The notes beneath the pieces are model-generated. The model was not told where the DNA came from. It saw nothing but the letters and a program-made list of their open reading frames with translations, and did no database searches. The position numbers and the translations under genes were made by a program. A DNA stretch of 63,304 nucleotides, filler included. It is 7 parts of 7 records of this genome, joined end to end, with 100 filler letters (N's around TTAATTAATTAA, not from the genome) between each part and the next. Parts side by side here need not be neighbours in the genome. Positions count along the whole stretch, not along the records: positions 1 to 22,614 come from SRR20825010_1656; 6 more parts are not named here. One strand, given 5' to 3'. Below, in pieces: positions 1 through 8,822 of this stretch. Numbering within the stretch: position 1 is the stretch's first letter; each line of letters begins with the position of its first letter.

Positions 1-348
1 TTCCAGTTCTATGTGGCCGACGGCAAGCTCAGCTGTCAGTTGTATCAGCGCAGCGGGGATATTTTCCTGGGGGTGCCGTTCAACATCGCCTCCTATGCGC
101 TGCTGACGTTGATGATGGCGCAGGTGTGTGACCTCCAGCCGGGCGACTTTGTGCATACCCTGGGCGATGCGCACCTGTACTCCAACCACCTGGAGCAGGC
201 CGACACCCAGCTGGCCCGCACGCCTGGCCCGCTGCCGACAATGACGCTGAACCCGGCGGTGAAAGATTTGTTTGCCTTTACCTTTGACGATTTCACCGTC
301 AGCAATTACGAACCCGCCGCGCACATCAAGGCGCCGGTGGCGATTTAA
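1..348 (+). CDS. thyA: Thymidylate synthase, 5'-truncated
   Basis: Open frame from base 1 ([35 protein letters not shown]...HIKAPVAI). ThyA C-terminal motifs; lies upstream of folA. Confidence 0.97.
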   Translation, partial: FQFYVADGKLSCQLYQRSGDIFLGVPFNIASYALLTLMMAQVCDLQPGDFVHTLGDAHLYSNHLEQADTQLARTPGPLPTMTLNPAVKDLFAFTFDDFTVSNYEPAAHIKAPVAI

Positions 349-351
349 GAG

Positions 352-413
352 ACGCCTCACGCTTCACGCAACACGCCAGCACGCGTGAGGCATGAAGCGT
401 GTTGCCTGCTGCG
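352..413. repeat. Intergenic heptamer-repeat palindromic element (ACGCNNC units)
   Basis: ACGCCTC-ACGCTTC-ACGCAAC-ACGCCAG followed by complementary units GTGAGGC-ATGAAGC-GTGTTGC-CTGCTGC, just after the thyA stop. Confidence 0.75.
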
Positions 414-421
414 AGGTTTAA

Positions 422-931
422 ATGTCCATTCGTCTTTCCATGATGGTCGCCAAGGCCAGCAACAATGTGATCGGTCGCGACAACAAGCTGCCCTGGTATC
501 TGCCCAATGACCTGAAGTACTTCAAGCAGGTGACGTTTGGCAAGCCAGTGATCATGGGCCGCAAGACCTGGGAATCATTGAAGGGGCCGCTGCCCGGGCG
601 CACCAATATCGTGATTACCCGCCAGCCGGATTATCAGGCTGAGGGCGCCAAGGTGGTGGCCACCGTGGGTGACGCCATCACCATGGCAGAGAATGTGGCG
701 TTCATTGAAGGACAGGAAGAAGCGGTGATTATGGGCGGGGCCGAAATCTATGCGCTGGCGCTGCCGCAGACCGAAAGGCTCTATCTCACCGAGGTTCACG
801 CTGACGTGGACGGGGACACCTTTTTCCCGGAATACGACAGATCCGAATGGAAAGAGATTGGCCGCGAAGATTTCGCCGCCGAAGGCCCGAATCCCTACGA
901 CTATTCCTTCGTGGTCTACGAGCGGAAATGA
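422..931 (+). CDS. folA: Dihydrofolate reductase
   Basis: VIGRDNKLPWYLPNDLKYFK, VIMGRKTWES, LPGRTNIVITR, GGAEIY, GDTFFP motifs. Confidence 0.97.
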   Translation: MSIRLSMMVAKASNNVIGRDNKLPWYLPNDLKYFKQVTFGKPVIMGRKTWESLKGPLPGRTNIVITRQPDYQAEGAKVVATVGDAITMAENVAFIEGQEEAVIMGGAEIYALALPQTERLYLTEVHADVDGDTFFPEYDRSEWKEIGREDFAAEGPNPYDYSFVVYERK

Positions 932-1114
932 GTTCAAAGTTGAAAGTGTAACGATTAAACGCGTTGAAGTGGGGTATGCCCCTAACCGAAAAAGGCCGCG
1001 CCCGGAATCAGGACGTGGCCTTTTTTTTGGGGCTTTCCGTTTCAGCAAATGTCATCTTTCGCGTGCAGCCATACAGGCGGACGCGGCTTTCCTTTTCAAC
1101 TTTCAGTTTGTAAC
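932..1114. repeat. MITE-like element, copy 1: heptamer arms (GTTCAAA/GTTGAAA ... TTTCAAC) around a GC hairpin
   Basis: Left arm 932-959, right arm 1094-1114, central hairpin GGCCGCGCCCGGAATCAGGACGTGGCC. Related copy at 18289-18433. Confidence 0.65.
989..1028. terminator. Probable bidirectional intrinsic terminator between convergent folA and OsmC-family gene
   Basis: A5 tract, GC stem-loop, T8 tract. Confidence 0.7.
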
Positions 1115-1119
1115 TGCTG

Positions 1120-1542
1120 TTACTGGCGCGGTTCGATCCGAATCTCACTTCTCACTGACTGGGCGATAAAGCATTTTTCGTGGGCGCGCTGGTGAAGAGC
1201 CTGGATTTTGGCGATGTCCGGTTGCTCGCCATTAAAGGTGGCTAGCGGCTGTAGCACCATGGTTTGCATATAGATCTTTGCCTGGTCGTTTTGCCCGAGC
1301 ACACCCTGGGGGTCGTCGTCGTAGCTGGCTACCGACAACCCTTCGCGGGCTGCTTCGGTGAGGAACGAGAGCAGGTGGCAGCTGGCCAGGGCGGCGAGGA
1401 AGGCTTCTTCCGGTTCCATGAATTCCTGATGGCCGTGGTGGCCATCGACCACGCGCACTTCATTGCCGTCTGCAAGGTGCCAGAGGTAATGCTCCTGATC
1501 GCCGTGGGCGGTCCAGCTTAAATGCATGGTGTGTTGTGGCAC
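1120..1542 (-). CDS. OsmC/Ohr family protein
   Basis: PEEAFLAALASCHLLSFL and LHQRAHEKCFIAQSV (two conserved Cys). Confidence 0.88.
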   Translation of the reverse strand: MPQHTMHLSWTAHGDQEHYLWHLADGNEVRVVDGHHGHQEFMEPEEAFLAALASCHLLSFLTEAAREGLSVASYDDDPQGVLGQNDQAKIYMQTMVLQPLATFNGEQPDIAKIQALHQRAHEKCFIAQSVRSEIRIEPRQ

Positions 1543-1658
1543 GAAATTTCCCCGGTTGATGCGTCGTTAGCAGGTTGTTCCCAGCACCTGTCAGGGCAGT
1601 ATGCCATCAAAATGGCCGCTTGCCATGACGACTTGGGTCCAGCGCCGCTATCTCGCCG

Positions 1659-2351
1659 TCAGGCGGCCCCGGAAGGGCCGTCGGGCTGGCTTAAGGACCA
1701 GTAACGGAACACAGCAATATTCACCAGAGCGCTCATCAGCGATACCGGCAGAGCGGCCAGTAACGAGGCGGCGGTGGTATGGCTGACCACACCCAGGATA
1801 GCGCTGGCGACCAGGCTGCTCATCATCAGGTAGGCGAGGAATACCAGTACCAGGATTAGTAGAAGCGGCCATTGCTGTGATTGTGTCATCCGGAAGGACT
1901 GGCGCAGGGCTTCTATGGGGTTTTGTTGTTTGAGGATCACCAGAAGAGGGGCGTAACACAGGCGGGTATAGACCCACACCGCCGGGAAGAACAGGGCCAT
2001 CCAGCCCAGTGACACGCCAACCGCCATCAATGCATAGGTAAGGAGCAGGGGCGGGTAGACCAGTAACGCCGGCGCCGTACAGGCGAGCAGCCCGCGTGGT
2101 TTCCCGTTGCTGCTGGCGGACAGCTGTACATAGAGCGCGCCTTCGGCCAGGGGGCGTACCAACAAAATAATGGCCAGGCTGATGCCGCTGAATTGCAGGG
2201 CCGCCCCTTCGGTTTCCGGTAGCACGAACGATGGGCCGAAGATCCATTGGGTGGCTTCAGTAATCAGTGCAAAGGGTGCGGTGACCAGAAACAGCGGGCC
2301 AAGGTGCCGCCACCAGAAGATGAAAATTTCGCGAAAACGGTGTCCGATCAT
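1659..2351 (-). CDS. Integral membrane protein (YciC/UPF0259-like)
   Basis: About 5-6 hydrophobic segments; NPIEALRQSFRMT motif. Confidence 0.65.
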   Translation of the reverse strand: MIGHRFREIFIFWWRHLGPLFLVTAPFALITEATQWIFGPSFVLPETEGAALQFSGISLAIILLVRPLAEGALYVQLSASSNGKPRGLLACTAPALLVYPPLLLTYALMAVGVSLGWMALFFPAVWVYTRLCYAPLLVILKQQNPIEALRQSFRMTQSQQWPLLLILVLVFLAYLMMSSLVASAILGVVSHTTAASLLAALPVSLMSALVNIAVFRYWSLSQPDGPSGAA

Positions 2352-2430
2352 GGTGAGCCATCAATTCAGTCGACGGCGCAACCATACGACAGCGCTGCGT
2401 CCATTTCCAGAACGCAGCGCCCTACTGGGG

Positions 2431-2949
2431 CTACCACCAGTATTTTCCCCAGTTTTCCGGGTTGGCCCAGAAGCGCGGGTTATTCCACTTGCGTTCGAAA
2501 TTGTAGTTATCCAGATCGTAGCTATAGATGTTCAACTCGCGACCGTCTTCAGCAAAATGCCCCTGTTCACGACACCCCAGAGCCAGAAACCCGTTGGCCG
2601 GCCAGCGCAGTCTTTGCGGAGCCAGGGTGGGTTGGTACACGGCGACCATGGAGTCGGTGTGCAGGTTGCGGAGCAACCCCATCAGTGCCTCGCCGTCGTG
2701 CTGGGGCATGTATTCCAGCTGATCCGCCACGATGGCCATGTCTACCCGGTTAATGTCATCCAGGGCGGGGAACGGGTTCTGTTCCTGAATTTCCAGCAGG
2801 GTGCAGTTGTGGTCTTTGCACCATTGGGCAACGACAGGAATGGGGTTGAGGCTGACAGTCAAAATGGAGGAAGGCTGGTGGCTATCAAGAATAGCGGCCA
2901 GGCGTTCCTGTGGAGATTCGGTCATGGAGTGTGCCGTCGCAATATTCAT
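2431..2949 (-). CDS. Conserved hypothetical protein (DUF6231-like, methyltransferase-like fold)
   Basis: DQLEYM, GLLRNL and C-terminal YSYDLDNYNFERKWNNPRFWANPENWGKYWW, typical of this Pseudomonadales family (recognised from memory). Confidence 0.65.
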   Translation of the reverse strand: MNIATAHSMTESPQERLAAILDSHQPSSILTVSLNPIPVVAQWCKDHNCTLLEIQEQNPFPALDDINRVDMAIVADQLEYMPQHDGEALMGLLRNLHTDSMVAVYQPTLAPQRLRWPANGFLALGCREQGHFAEDGRELNIYSYDLDNYNFERKWNNPRFWANPENWGKYWW

Positions 2950-3149
2950 GATTTCAGTCTAACGCCAATATGGGTGGCTTTCGATAGGGGGTTGGGTAGC
3001 GTTTTGCAGTTTTTGATGCACTGCAGTTATCGATACCCCAGTGGTCTTTGACAGCGTGTTTTAACGATGGCAGCGGGGAGGTTGGGGTGGGCAGGTCAGG
3101 GCAGTGACCACTGAAATGAGATCATTCATCAGAAAATGAAAAACAGGCG

Positions 3150-3188
3150 TTGACGACTGTCCAATCAATAATGATAATGATTCTCATA
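3150..3188 (+). promoter_or_regulatory. Sigma70 promoter overlapped by a Fur box upstream of hemP
   Basis: TTGACG (3150-3155), 17 nt, GATAAT (3173-3178). AATAATGATAATGATTCTC (3167-3185) matches the Fur consensus GATAATGATAATCATTATC at 16/19. Confidence 0.85.
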
Positions 3189-3206
3189 TACGAAAAGGAG
3201 GTCAGC

Positions 3207-3383
3207 ATGTCTCAGGTAAAGAAAAACGTTGCCACTACCACGCGCCAGGTTGCCATCAATGCGGAAAGCAGTGTGGCCAGCGGTTTGCTGCTTAACCACC
3301 AGGGCAAGTTGTGGATCGAGCATGCCGGTGAACGTTACCAGCTGCGCCGTACGTCCAACAACAAATTGATCCTGACCAAGTGA
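3207..3383 (+). CDS. hemP: Hemin uptake protein HemP/HmuP
   Basis: 58 aa after an AAGGAGG RBS; C-terminal IEHAGERYQLRRTSNNKLILTK signature; Fur box upstream. Confidence 0.92.
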   Translation: MSQVKKNVATTTRQVAINAESSVASGLLLNHQGKLWIEHAGERYQLRRTSNNKLILTK

Positions 3384-3530
3384 CGCCGCACGAAACACGC
3401 TATACGCAACAACACGGTCGTTGATAGTCGGTTTTTAAAAGCCTTGCCCCGCGCTCACGTTTTTCACGCGGGATTCGGGCTTTGAAAATCAGAAGCGCTT
3501 TGTGCGTGTTGTTGCGTTGAGCGTGTCGCA
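3384..3530. repeat. Long imperfect inverted repeat with ACGCNNC-type heptamer arms
   Basis: Perfect 13-bp IR ACGCAACAACACG (3404-3416) / CGTGTTGTTGCGT (3505-3517), with inner stems TTTTAAAAGCC/GGCTTTGAAAA and CCCGCG/CGCGGG. Confidence 0.7.
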
Positions 3531-3773
3531 TGCCGCTTCTCATTGTTCTCCCTGACGTGGATCCGCCAGCCGCAGCCAGCTTTCCACACCTAATTTAAGG
3601 CCCTTCGGCATGCAGTATGCCGCCTGCCGCAACGCGCAGGACCTGTTGTCATTATGTTGTCTGCCAGTCGCGCCCACTCTTTCGGCACGGCAGTAAGCGG
3701 CAATAGTTATGGCTCTGTCACTGCGTTGTGGCGTGAAGCATGTTGCCTGCTGCGCTATTTTTTTGGAGGCAGT

Positions 3774-4754
3774 ATGTCTGTCATGGCATGGCCCTCGGCC
3801 CCGGCCACATCTCCTCTGTTGAGGCAGTGTGGCGCCGCACTCGGTGACCGGGTATTGCGGTTGCAGGATGAGCCGCTGGCAATTCTCAAAGCGTTGTACC
3901 GGCTGGGTTCACTGGTGGTGACGACCTTCTCCAGTGGTTCGCGCATTTCCCAGAACATGCATTACCCAACCCTGCAGGATGGTGAGTCCGGGGTGCCTGG
4001 TGAATGGTGGCTGGAGTCCGTGGGGGAGCGCTGTCGTTTGCGGCAGAGCTTGCAGGTCGGGCAGTGGCATTCGGTCCTGGCGGTGCTGGAACCCACTGGC
4101 GCCTTGCCGGCCCGTAGCCTGGTTTTCTTTGATCGTAACGGGCAGCCCTTGCAGCAGATGGCGGTGGCCCCGGACAGTGGTGGCCTGGCGTTCGAAGAGC
4201 TGGTGTGCGCCATGCTCCATCCGGACCAGCAAACGCTCAACTTGCCGGCGGTGTTGCCGCGCAGTGTGGCCGGAGACCTCGGATCACTCAGTCAGCTGGA
4301 GCGTGACTGGGCGAGCAGCACCGATGACGATGATTTTGCCGGTTTGCTGCAGCGCTGCGACCAGCAGCGCGACGTTTTGTACCGTTCGGTGCGTGACAGT
4401 TTCGCCTGCCAGGTGCGGCCGGAAACCTTGCCCGCGGTGCTGGCTGAGGCTGCTGTCCGGGACACGGTAACCACCTTGTGCGTGGGCAATCAGGGGGTGC
4501 GCCTGTGCATGACCGCGCCCTGGTCCTCGCCGCGCTGGCAGGGAAGCCATTGCCATCTGGCTCATAACGGTGCGTTGGTGTCGCTGGACATGGCCAAGAT
4601 GGACAGCCTGTGGCGCCTGCGCAAACCGGGTGATGGGGAGGTGGTCACTGCCCTGGAAGCGCTGGATAGCCGTGGCCAGTGGTTGTGGACCCTGTCCGCC
4701 GGCGACGAGGAAAGCCAGTGGCGGGCGCTGTTGAAAGATAGTGTTATTCGCTAG
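3774..4754 (+). CDS. HemS/ChuS-like hemin-degrading factor homologue (divergent)
   Basis: Two-repeat HemS pattern: RSLVFFDRNG, LCVGNQG, WRLRKPGDGEVVTALEALDSRG. GGAGG RBS before ATG 3774; downstream of hemP. Confidence 0.75.
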   Translation: MSVMAWPSAPATSPLLRQCGAALGDRVLRLQDEPLAILKALYRLGSLVVTTFSSGSRISQNMHYPTLQDGESGVPGEWWLESVGERCRLRQSLQVGQWHSVLAVLEPTGALPARSLVFFDRNGQPLQQMAVAPDSGGLAFEELVCAMLHPDQQTLNLPAVLPRSVAGDLGSLSQLERDWASSTDDDDFAGLLQRCDQQRDVLYRSVRDSFACQVRPETLPAVLAEAAVRDTVTTLCVGNQGVRLCMTAPWSSPRWQGSHCHLAHNGALVSLDMAKMDSLWRLRKPGDGEVVTALEALDSRGQWLWTLSAGDEESQWRALLKDSVIR

Positions 4755-4780
4755 CTACGAGCTACGAGCTACGAGCTACG
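4753..4780. repeat. Tandem repeat (AGCTACG)x4
   Basis: Four perfect 7-nt copies starting inside the TAG stop of the HemS-like gene. Confidence 0.9.
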
Positions 4781-4919
4781 CTCGACTGGATTGGGAAAAG
4801 TAGAGACGTTTCACGCCGCGACTTTTCTACGGTGCTCCTGCCGCATGGCAGAGGCTGGAGTATAAGTTGAAGCGAGGCCGGGCTGGCATCAGCCCGTGTC
4901 AGGCGCTTTGCCAGTTCAT

Positions 4920-5234
4920 TCAAAACTGATCATCGAATTGCTTGATCAGACTGATGATTCCTGTCACGTCCTGCTCCATACCTTTCAGGGCTTCCTCAGC
5001 CATGGGGGCAATATCGCATTGTCCGGGCAGGGGATGGTCCGCTTCCAGAATGGCCCGGAAACGGGCGATGAAGACCCACTGTAGCCACTCGCTGAAGTTC
5101 ATGGTGTCGGCAAAAAATGGCGTGCTGCTGTCAAAGGCGGACGGGGCGGGCGGTTGCGGGGCCCACAGGCCCTGCTGGTCCAGTTCTGTTTGCAGGTCAT
5201 CGAGTAGCGAGGCAAGTTGGGCGCGTTGGCTCAT
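4920..5234 (-). CDS. yqcC: YqcC family protein (DUF446)
   Basis: AFDSSTPFFADTMNFSEWLQWVFIARF, IAPMAEE motifs. Confidence 0.88.
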   Translation of the reverse strand: MSQRAQLASLLDDLQTELDQQGLWAPQPPAPSAFDSSTPFFADTMNFSEWLQWVFIARFRAILEADHPLPGQCDIAPMAEEALKGMEQDVTGIISLIKQFDDQF

Positions 5235-5251
5235 GGGGAAATCATCCGCGG

Positions 5252-5959
5252 TCAGTCATCGAAGAGCGGCACCAGATCCGGTAGCTCATGCAGGTTGTGG
5301 ATATGGTGACGGGGGCGCTCCAGTTCAACCGGCCAGGGCAGGTCAATCAGGTTGGCCCAGACGCTGTGCATGCCGTGCTCGCGGGCAGCGTGCACATCTT
5401 CCAGCGGGTGGTCTCCCACGTGGACGGCCTGGTGGGCCTGAACCCCGGCGGATTGCAGGGCGGCATGGAACATGTCCGGGGCGGGTTTGCGTTTGCCGAT
5501 GGTTTCCGCGGAGTGGTGAAACGCGAACAGGTCGGCGATGCCGATCTGGCGCAGGTCTGCGTTGCCGTTGGTGAGGGCGCCGAGCTGGTAGCTGTCGGCC
5601 AGTGTTTCCAGCACGTCGCGGGCACCGGGGAAGAACGATACCTGGTTGCGAGCCTGATGGAACACTGCGAAGGCGTCCAGGGCAATCTTGCGGGCTTCGG
5701 CATCGTTGAAGCCGGCATCCATGAAGGCCCGGGTCATGGCGTCCTGACGCAGAGCGGTCAGGTTGTCCAGGTAGCCGGGGTTCTCCTTGAGCAGGGTGGT
5801 GCGCACCATGCGCACCCGTTCTGCGTTGAGGGCGCGGGCGGCATCCGGGTGCCGGTCAGCAATCCAGTCACTGCACGCTTTTTCGGCCTTGCGGATTACT
5901 TCATCCACGGGCCAAAGCGTGTTGTCCAGATCGAAGGTAATCAGCTTGAGTGTGCTCAT
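5252..5959 (-). CDS. HAD-superfamily hydrolase (YigB-like)
   Basis: LITFDLDNTLW, LTNGNA, KPAP, HVGDHPLEDV; follows xerC as in the conserved operon. Confidence 0.92.
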   Translation of the reverse strand: MSTLKLITFDLDNTLWPVDEVIRKAEKACSDWIADRHPDAARALNAERVRMVRTTLLKENPGYLDNLTALRQDAMTRAFMDAGFNDAEARKIALDAFAVFHQARNQVSFFPGARDVLETLADSYQLGALTNGNADLRQIGIADLFAFHHSAETIGKRKPAPDMFHAALQSAGVQAHQAVHVGDHPLEDVHAAREHGMHSVWANLIDLPWPVELERPRHHIHNLHELPDLVPLFDD

Positions 5960-6024
5960 GGGCGCTAGTTTATCGTAAAACCGGTAGCTGCAGCACACAG
6001 GTTTGTTGGCGTCAGGGGGAGGGT

Positions 6025-6948
6025 TTATTCGTCTTCGTCTTTTTTGCGCTGGGCGCGGGGGTGGGCGCCGTCGTAAACCTGGGCCAGATGCTGGAAGTCC
6101 AGATGGGTGTAAACCTGGGTGGTGGCCAGGTCCGCATGGCCGAGCAGCTCCTGCACGGCGCGCAGGTCGCCGGAGGATTCCAGCAGGTGAGTGGCAAAGG
6201 AGTGGCGCAGTTTGTGCGGGTGCAGGTGGTCATCGAGCCCGCGCTCCAGAGCGTGTCGTTTGAGCCGCTGCTGCACACTGGATGGCGACAGACGACGGCC
6301 GTTTTTGCTGATGAACAGGGCGGTTTGTTCGTTGCTTTTGACCAGCAAGGTGCGCACTTTCAACCAGCGGCGTACGGCAGTGAGGGCGGGTTTGCCCACG
6401 GGTAGCTGGCGGGTCTTGTTGCCTTTACCGGTGACCAGTAGCTGGCCATCGCGCAGGTCGATGCTGTCCAGATTCAGGCTCAACAGCTCTGCCAGCCGCA
6501 GGCCGCAGGCGTAGAGCAGTTCCATCATGGCCTGGTCGCGCAGGGCCAGCGGTTCGCTGCTGTTGGTGCCGGCATCCAGCAAGTGGCTGACCTGATCCGC
6601 ATCCAGTGCCTTGGGTAGGCGTTTGCCGCTTTTCGGGGCGCGAATATCCATGGCCGGATTATCACGGGCCAGCCCTTCGCGCATCAGGTATCGGAAGAAC
6701 GTGCGCAGGGTGGAGAGCATGCGCTGGATGGTTTTACCGCTTTTCCCCTGGCGATGCAGCGAGGCGACCAGGCTGCGGATGTCATGGACGGTGAGGGTAT
6801 CCCAGGGCTGAGTGCCGAGGATCTTGCGGGCCTCGATGATGTCTCGCTGATAGCTGCTGACGGTATGCGGGGAAAGACGGCGCTCGCTGGCCAGGTGAGT
6901 CAGGAAGGCGTTGACCGTTGGCGCTGTGCCAGTGCTGTCGCTGTTCAC
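6025..6948 (-). CDS. xerC: Tyrosine recombinase XerC
   Basis: GLRLAEL, GKGNKTR, HPHKLRHSFATHLLESSGDLRAVQELLGHADLATTQVYTH; dapF-DUF484-xerC context. Confidence 0.96.
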   Translation of the reverse strand: MNSDSTGTAPTVNAFLTHLASERRLSPHTVSSYQRDIIEARKILGTQPWDTLTVHDIRSLVASLHRQGKSGKTIQRMLSTLRTFFRYLMREGLARDNPAMDIRAPKSGKRLPKALDADQVSHLLDAGTNSSEPLALRDQAMMELLYACGLRLAELLSLNLDSIDLRDGQLLVTGKGNKTRQLPVGKPALTAVRRWLKVRTLLVKSNEQTALFISKNGRRLSPSSVQQRLKRHALERGLDDHLHPHKLRHSFATHLLESSGDLRAVQELLGHADLATTQVYTHLDFQHLAQVYDGAHPRAQRKKDEDE

Positions 6949-6964
6949 GGTTAGCGCCTCTCGT

Positions 6965-7690
6965 TTAGCTGATATCGCTGGTTTTCTTGGCTGCTTGATG
7001 AGGGTACTGGCGCACGACTTCGTGCAGGCGACGGCTCAGGACCTGGCCAATATGGGTAATAAACAGCGTGCCCAGAGAGCTGCGGAAGTGCATGGCGCTT
7101 TTGCTGCCAATGGCCAGCAGCCCGAGACGGCCCTGATATTCCAGTGGCACCATGGCGGCGGAGCGAATGTCGGTGGCATTGTCCTGGAACAGCGCTTCCA
7201 TTTCTTCCGTGCGCATGGCGCCGCATACAGCTTTGCCGCTGCGCAGAAGATGGTTGAGGGCGCTGGGCAGGGCGTCGCTGTCCACGCAGCGGATCTGGTT
7301 GCGCAGGTCGCCGAGGATAGGGACTTCCCGGTCGTACAGCATCAGCGCCACCTGATCACAATGGAAGTCCGAACTCAGGCTGGTGAGAAGATTGCGGAAC
7401 AGTTTTTCGGCGCCGCGGGCCTCCAACAGTGACAGGGTCAGGCGGCGGGTCTTGTCGAACAGGTGATCGTTTTCCCGGGCCACATCCAGCAGGCCGTTGA
7501 GCCGGTCGCGCAACTCGGTGTTGCGCTCGCGCAGAATCGACGCCTGACGTTCCAGCAGCGATACCGCCTGGCCTTTGGAATCGGGCAGGCGTAACAGTTC
7601 CAGCAGCTCCGGGCGATGCTGAAAGAAATCGGCATGTTCACGCAGGTAGGCGGCGACCTGGTCGGCGCTGGCTGGGGTCTGATCCGTCAT
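6965..7690 (-). CDS. DUF484 (YigA) family protein
   Basis: VAAYLREHADFF, AVSLLERQ, GLLAIGS, GTLFI; lies between dapF and xerC. Confidence 0.9.
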   Translation of the reverse strand: MTDQTPASADQVAAYLREHADFFQHRPELLELLRLPDSKGQAVSLLERQASILRERNTELRDRLNGLLDVARENDHLFDKTRRLTLSLLEARGAEKLFRNLLTSLSSDFHCDQVALMLYDREVPILGDLRNQIRCVDSDALPSALNHLLRSGKAVCGAMRTEEMEALFQDNATDIRSAAMVPLEYQGRLGLLAIGSKSAMHFRSSLGTLFITHIGQVLSRRLHEVVRQYPHQAAKKTSDIS

Positions 7691-7756
7691 CAATCCTGTC
7701 CTTTGTCATCATTCGGGTCAGTCGGCACTGACGTTGCTGGTCTTTGTCATCGCCAG

Positions 7757-8605
7757 CTAAAGAGTGATCTCAATAGCGCCATCATAGACATGGCTGGCGG
7801 GGCCTGTCATCTGGATGCCGCCCTGGCCATCGTAGCAGATGTGCAAGGCGCCGCCCGGCAGGTGCACGGTGACGGCGGTATCCAGCCAGCCTCGGCGCTG
7901 GCCGATAACGACAGCGGCGCAGGCGCCGGACCCGCAGGCAAGGGTTTCTCCGGCGCCCCGCTCGTAGACGCGCAGGCGGACTTCGTTGCGGCTAACGATT
8001 TGCATGAAGCCCACGTTTACCCGCTCGGGGAATTGCTCGTGGTTTTCCAGCAGTGGGCCGACAGAGTCCACCGGGGCGGTATCCACGTTCTCTACCAGCA
8101 GGGTGCAGTGGGGGTTGCCCAGGCCCACTGCACCCACTTCCCAGGCCTGTGTGCCGGATACCAGGAAATAGCTGTCCGCTTCATTTTTGGCCGTCATGGG
8201 GATGGCATCGGGTGCCCAGCGGGGCGCGCCCATGTCCACGGTGACTTGCTCATCCTCGGTGACGGTGAGGGTCATCTGGCCGGCGGCGGTTTCCACCCGG
8301 ATTTCTCGCTTGTCGGTGAGCCCCTGTTCGCGCACAAAGCGGGCAAAGCAGCGGGCGCCGTTGCCGCACTGGCTCACTTCGGAACCGTCGGCGTTGAGAA
8401 TGCGGTAGCGGAAATCCGCGTCAGCGGCACGGGCCGGCTGCACGATTAGCATCTGGTCGAAACCCACGCCAAAGTGGCGATCACCCAGGCGGCGAATTTC
8501 GTCCGCAGGCAGTGGCAGGCCGGTTTCTGGCAGAGATTGACGCATGCCGTCGATGACCATGAAGTCGTTGCCCAGGCCGTGCATTTTGGTAAAGCGCAGG
8601 TTCAT
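7757..8605 (-). CDS. dapF: Diaminopimelate epimerase
   Basis: [38 protein letters not shown]. Confidence 0.97.
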   Translation of the reverse strand: MNLRFTKMHGLGNDFMVIDGMRQSLPETGLPLPADEIRRLGDRHFGVGFDQMLIVQPARAADADFRYRILNADGSEVSQCGNGARCFARFVREQGLTDKREIRVETAAGQMTLTVTEDEQVTVDMGAPRWAPDAIPMTAKNEADSYFLVSGTQAWEVGAVGLGNPHCTLLVENVDTAPVDSVGPLLENHEQFPERVNVGFMQIVSRNEVRLRVYERGAGETLACGSGACAAVVIGQRRGWLDTAVTVHLPGGALHICYDGQGGIQMTGPASHVYDGAIEITL

Positions 8606-8822
8606 GCCGTTGTCCGCTGACGTGGTTGTTAAAAGGACATTGTACGGCCTCGCGGGGCTGAAATCAGTGCCCGGGGTGGCGCAAAATGCCTATGGTGCTG
8701 ATTCTTCCCGTTGATGAGTCAAAAAACAGACCCTCGGCCTGCCGGGCAAGGTACAATCGCCCATTAGTCGCGGCGACTCTGTCGCCGCGAGGCGTTTTCC
8801 ATTTCTTGTTCAGGTGTCCGTC

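Noticed and set aside
6025..6948. Tyrosine recombinase as a mobile-element integrase
   Set aside because: Sequence and dapF-DUF484-xerC-HAD context identify chromosomal XerC.
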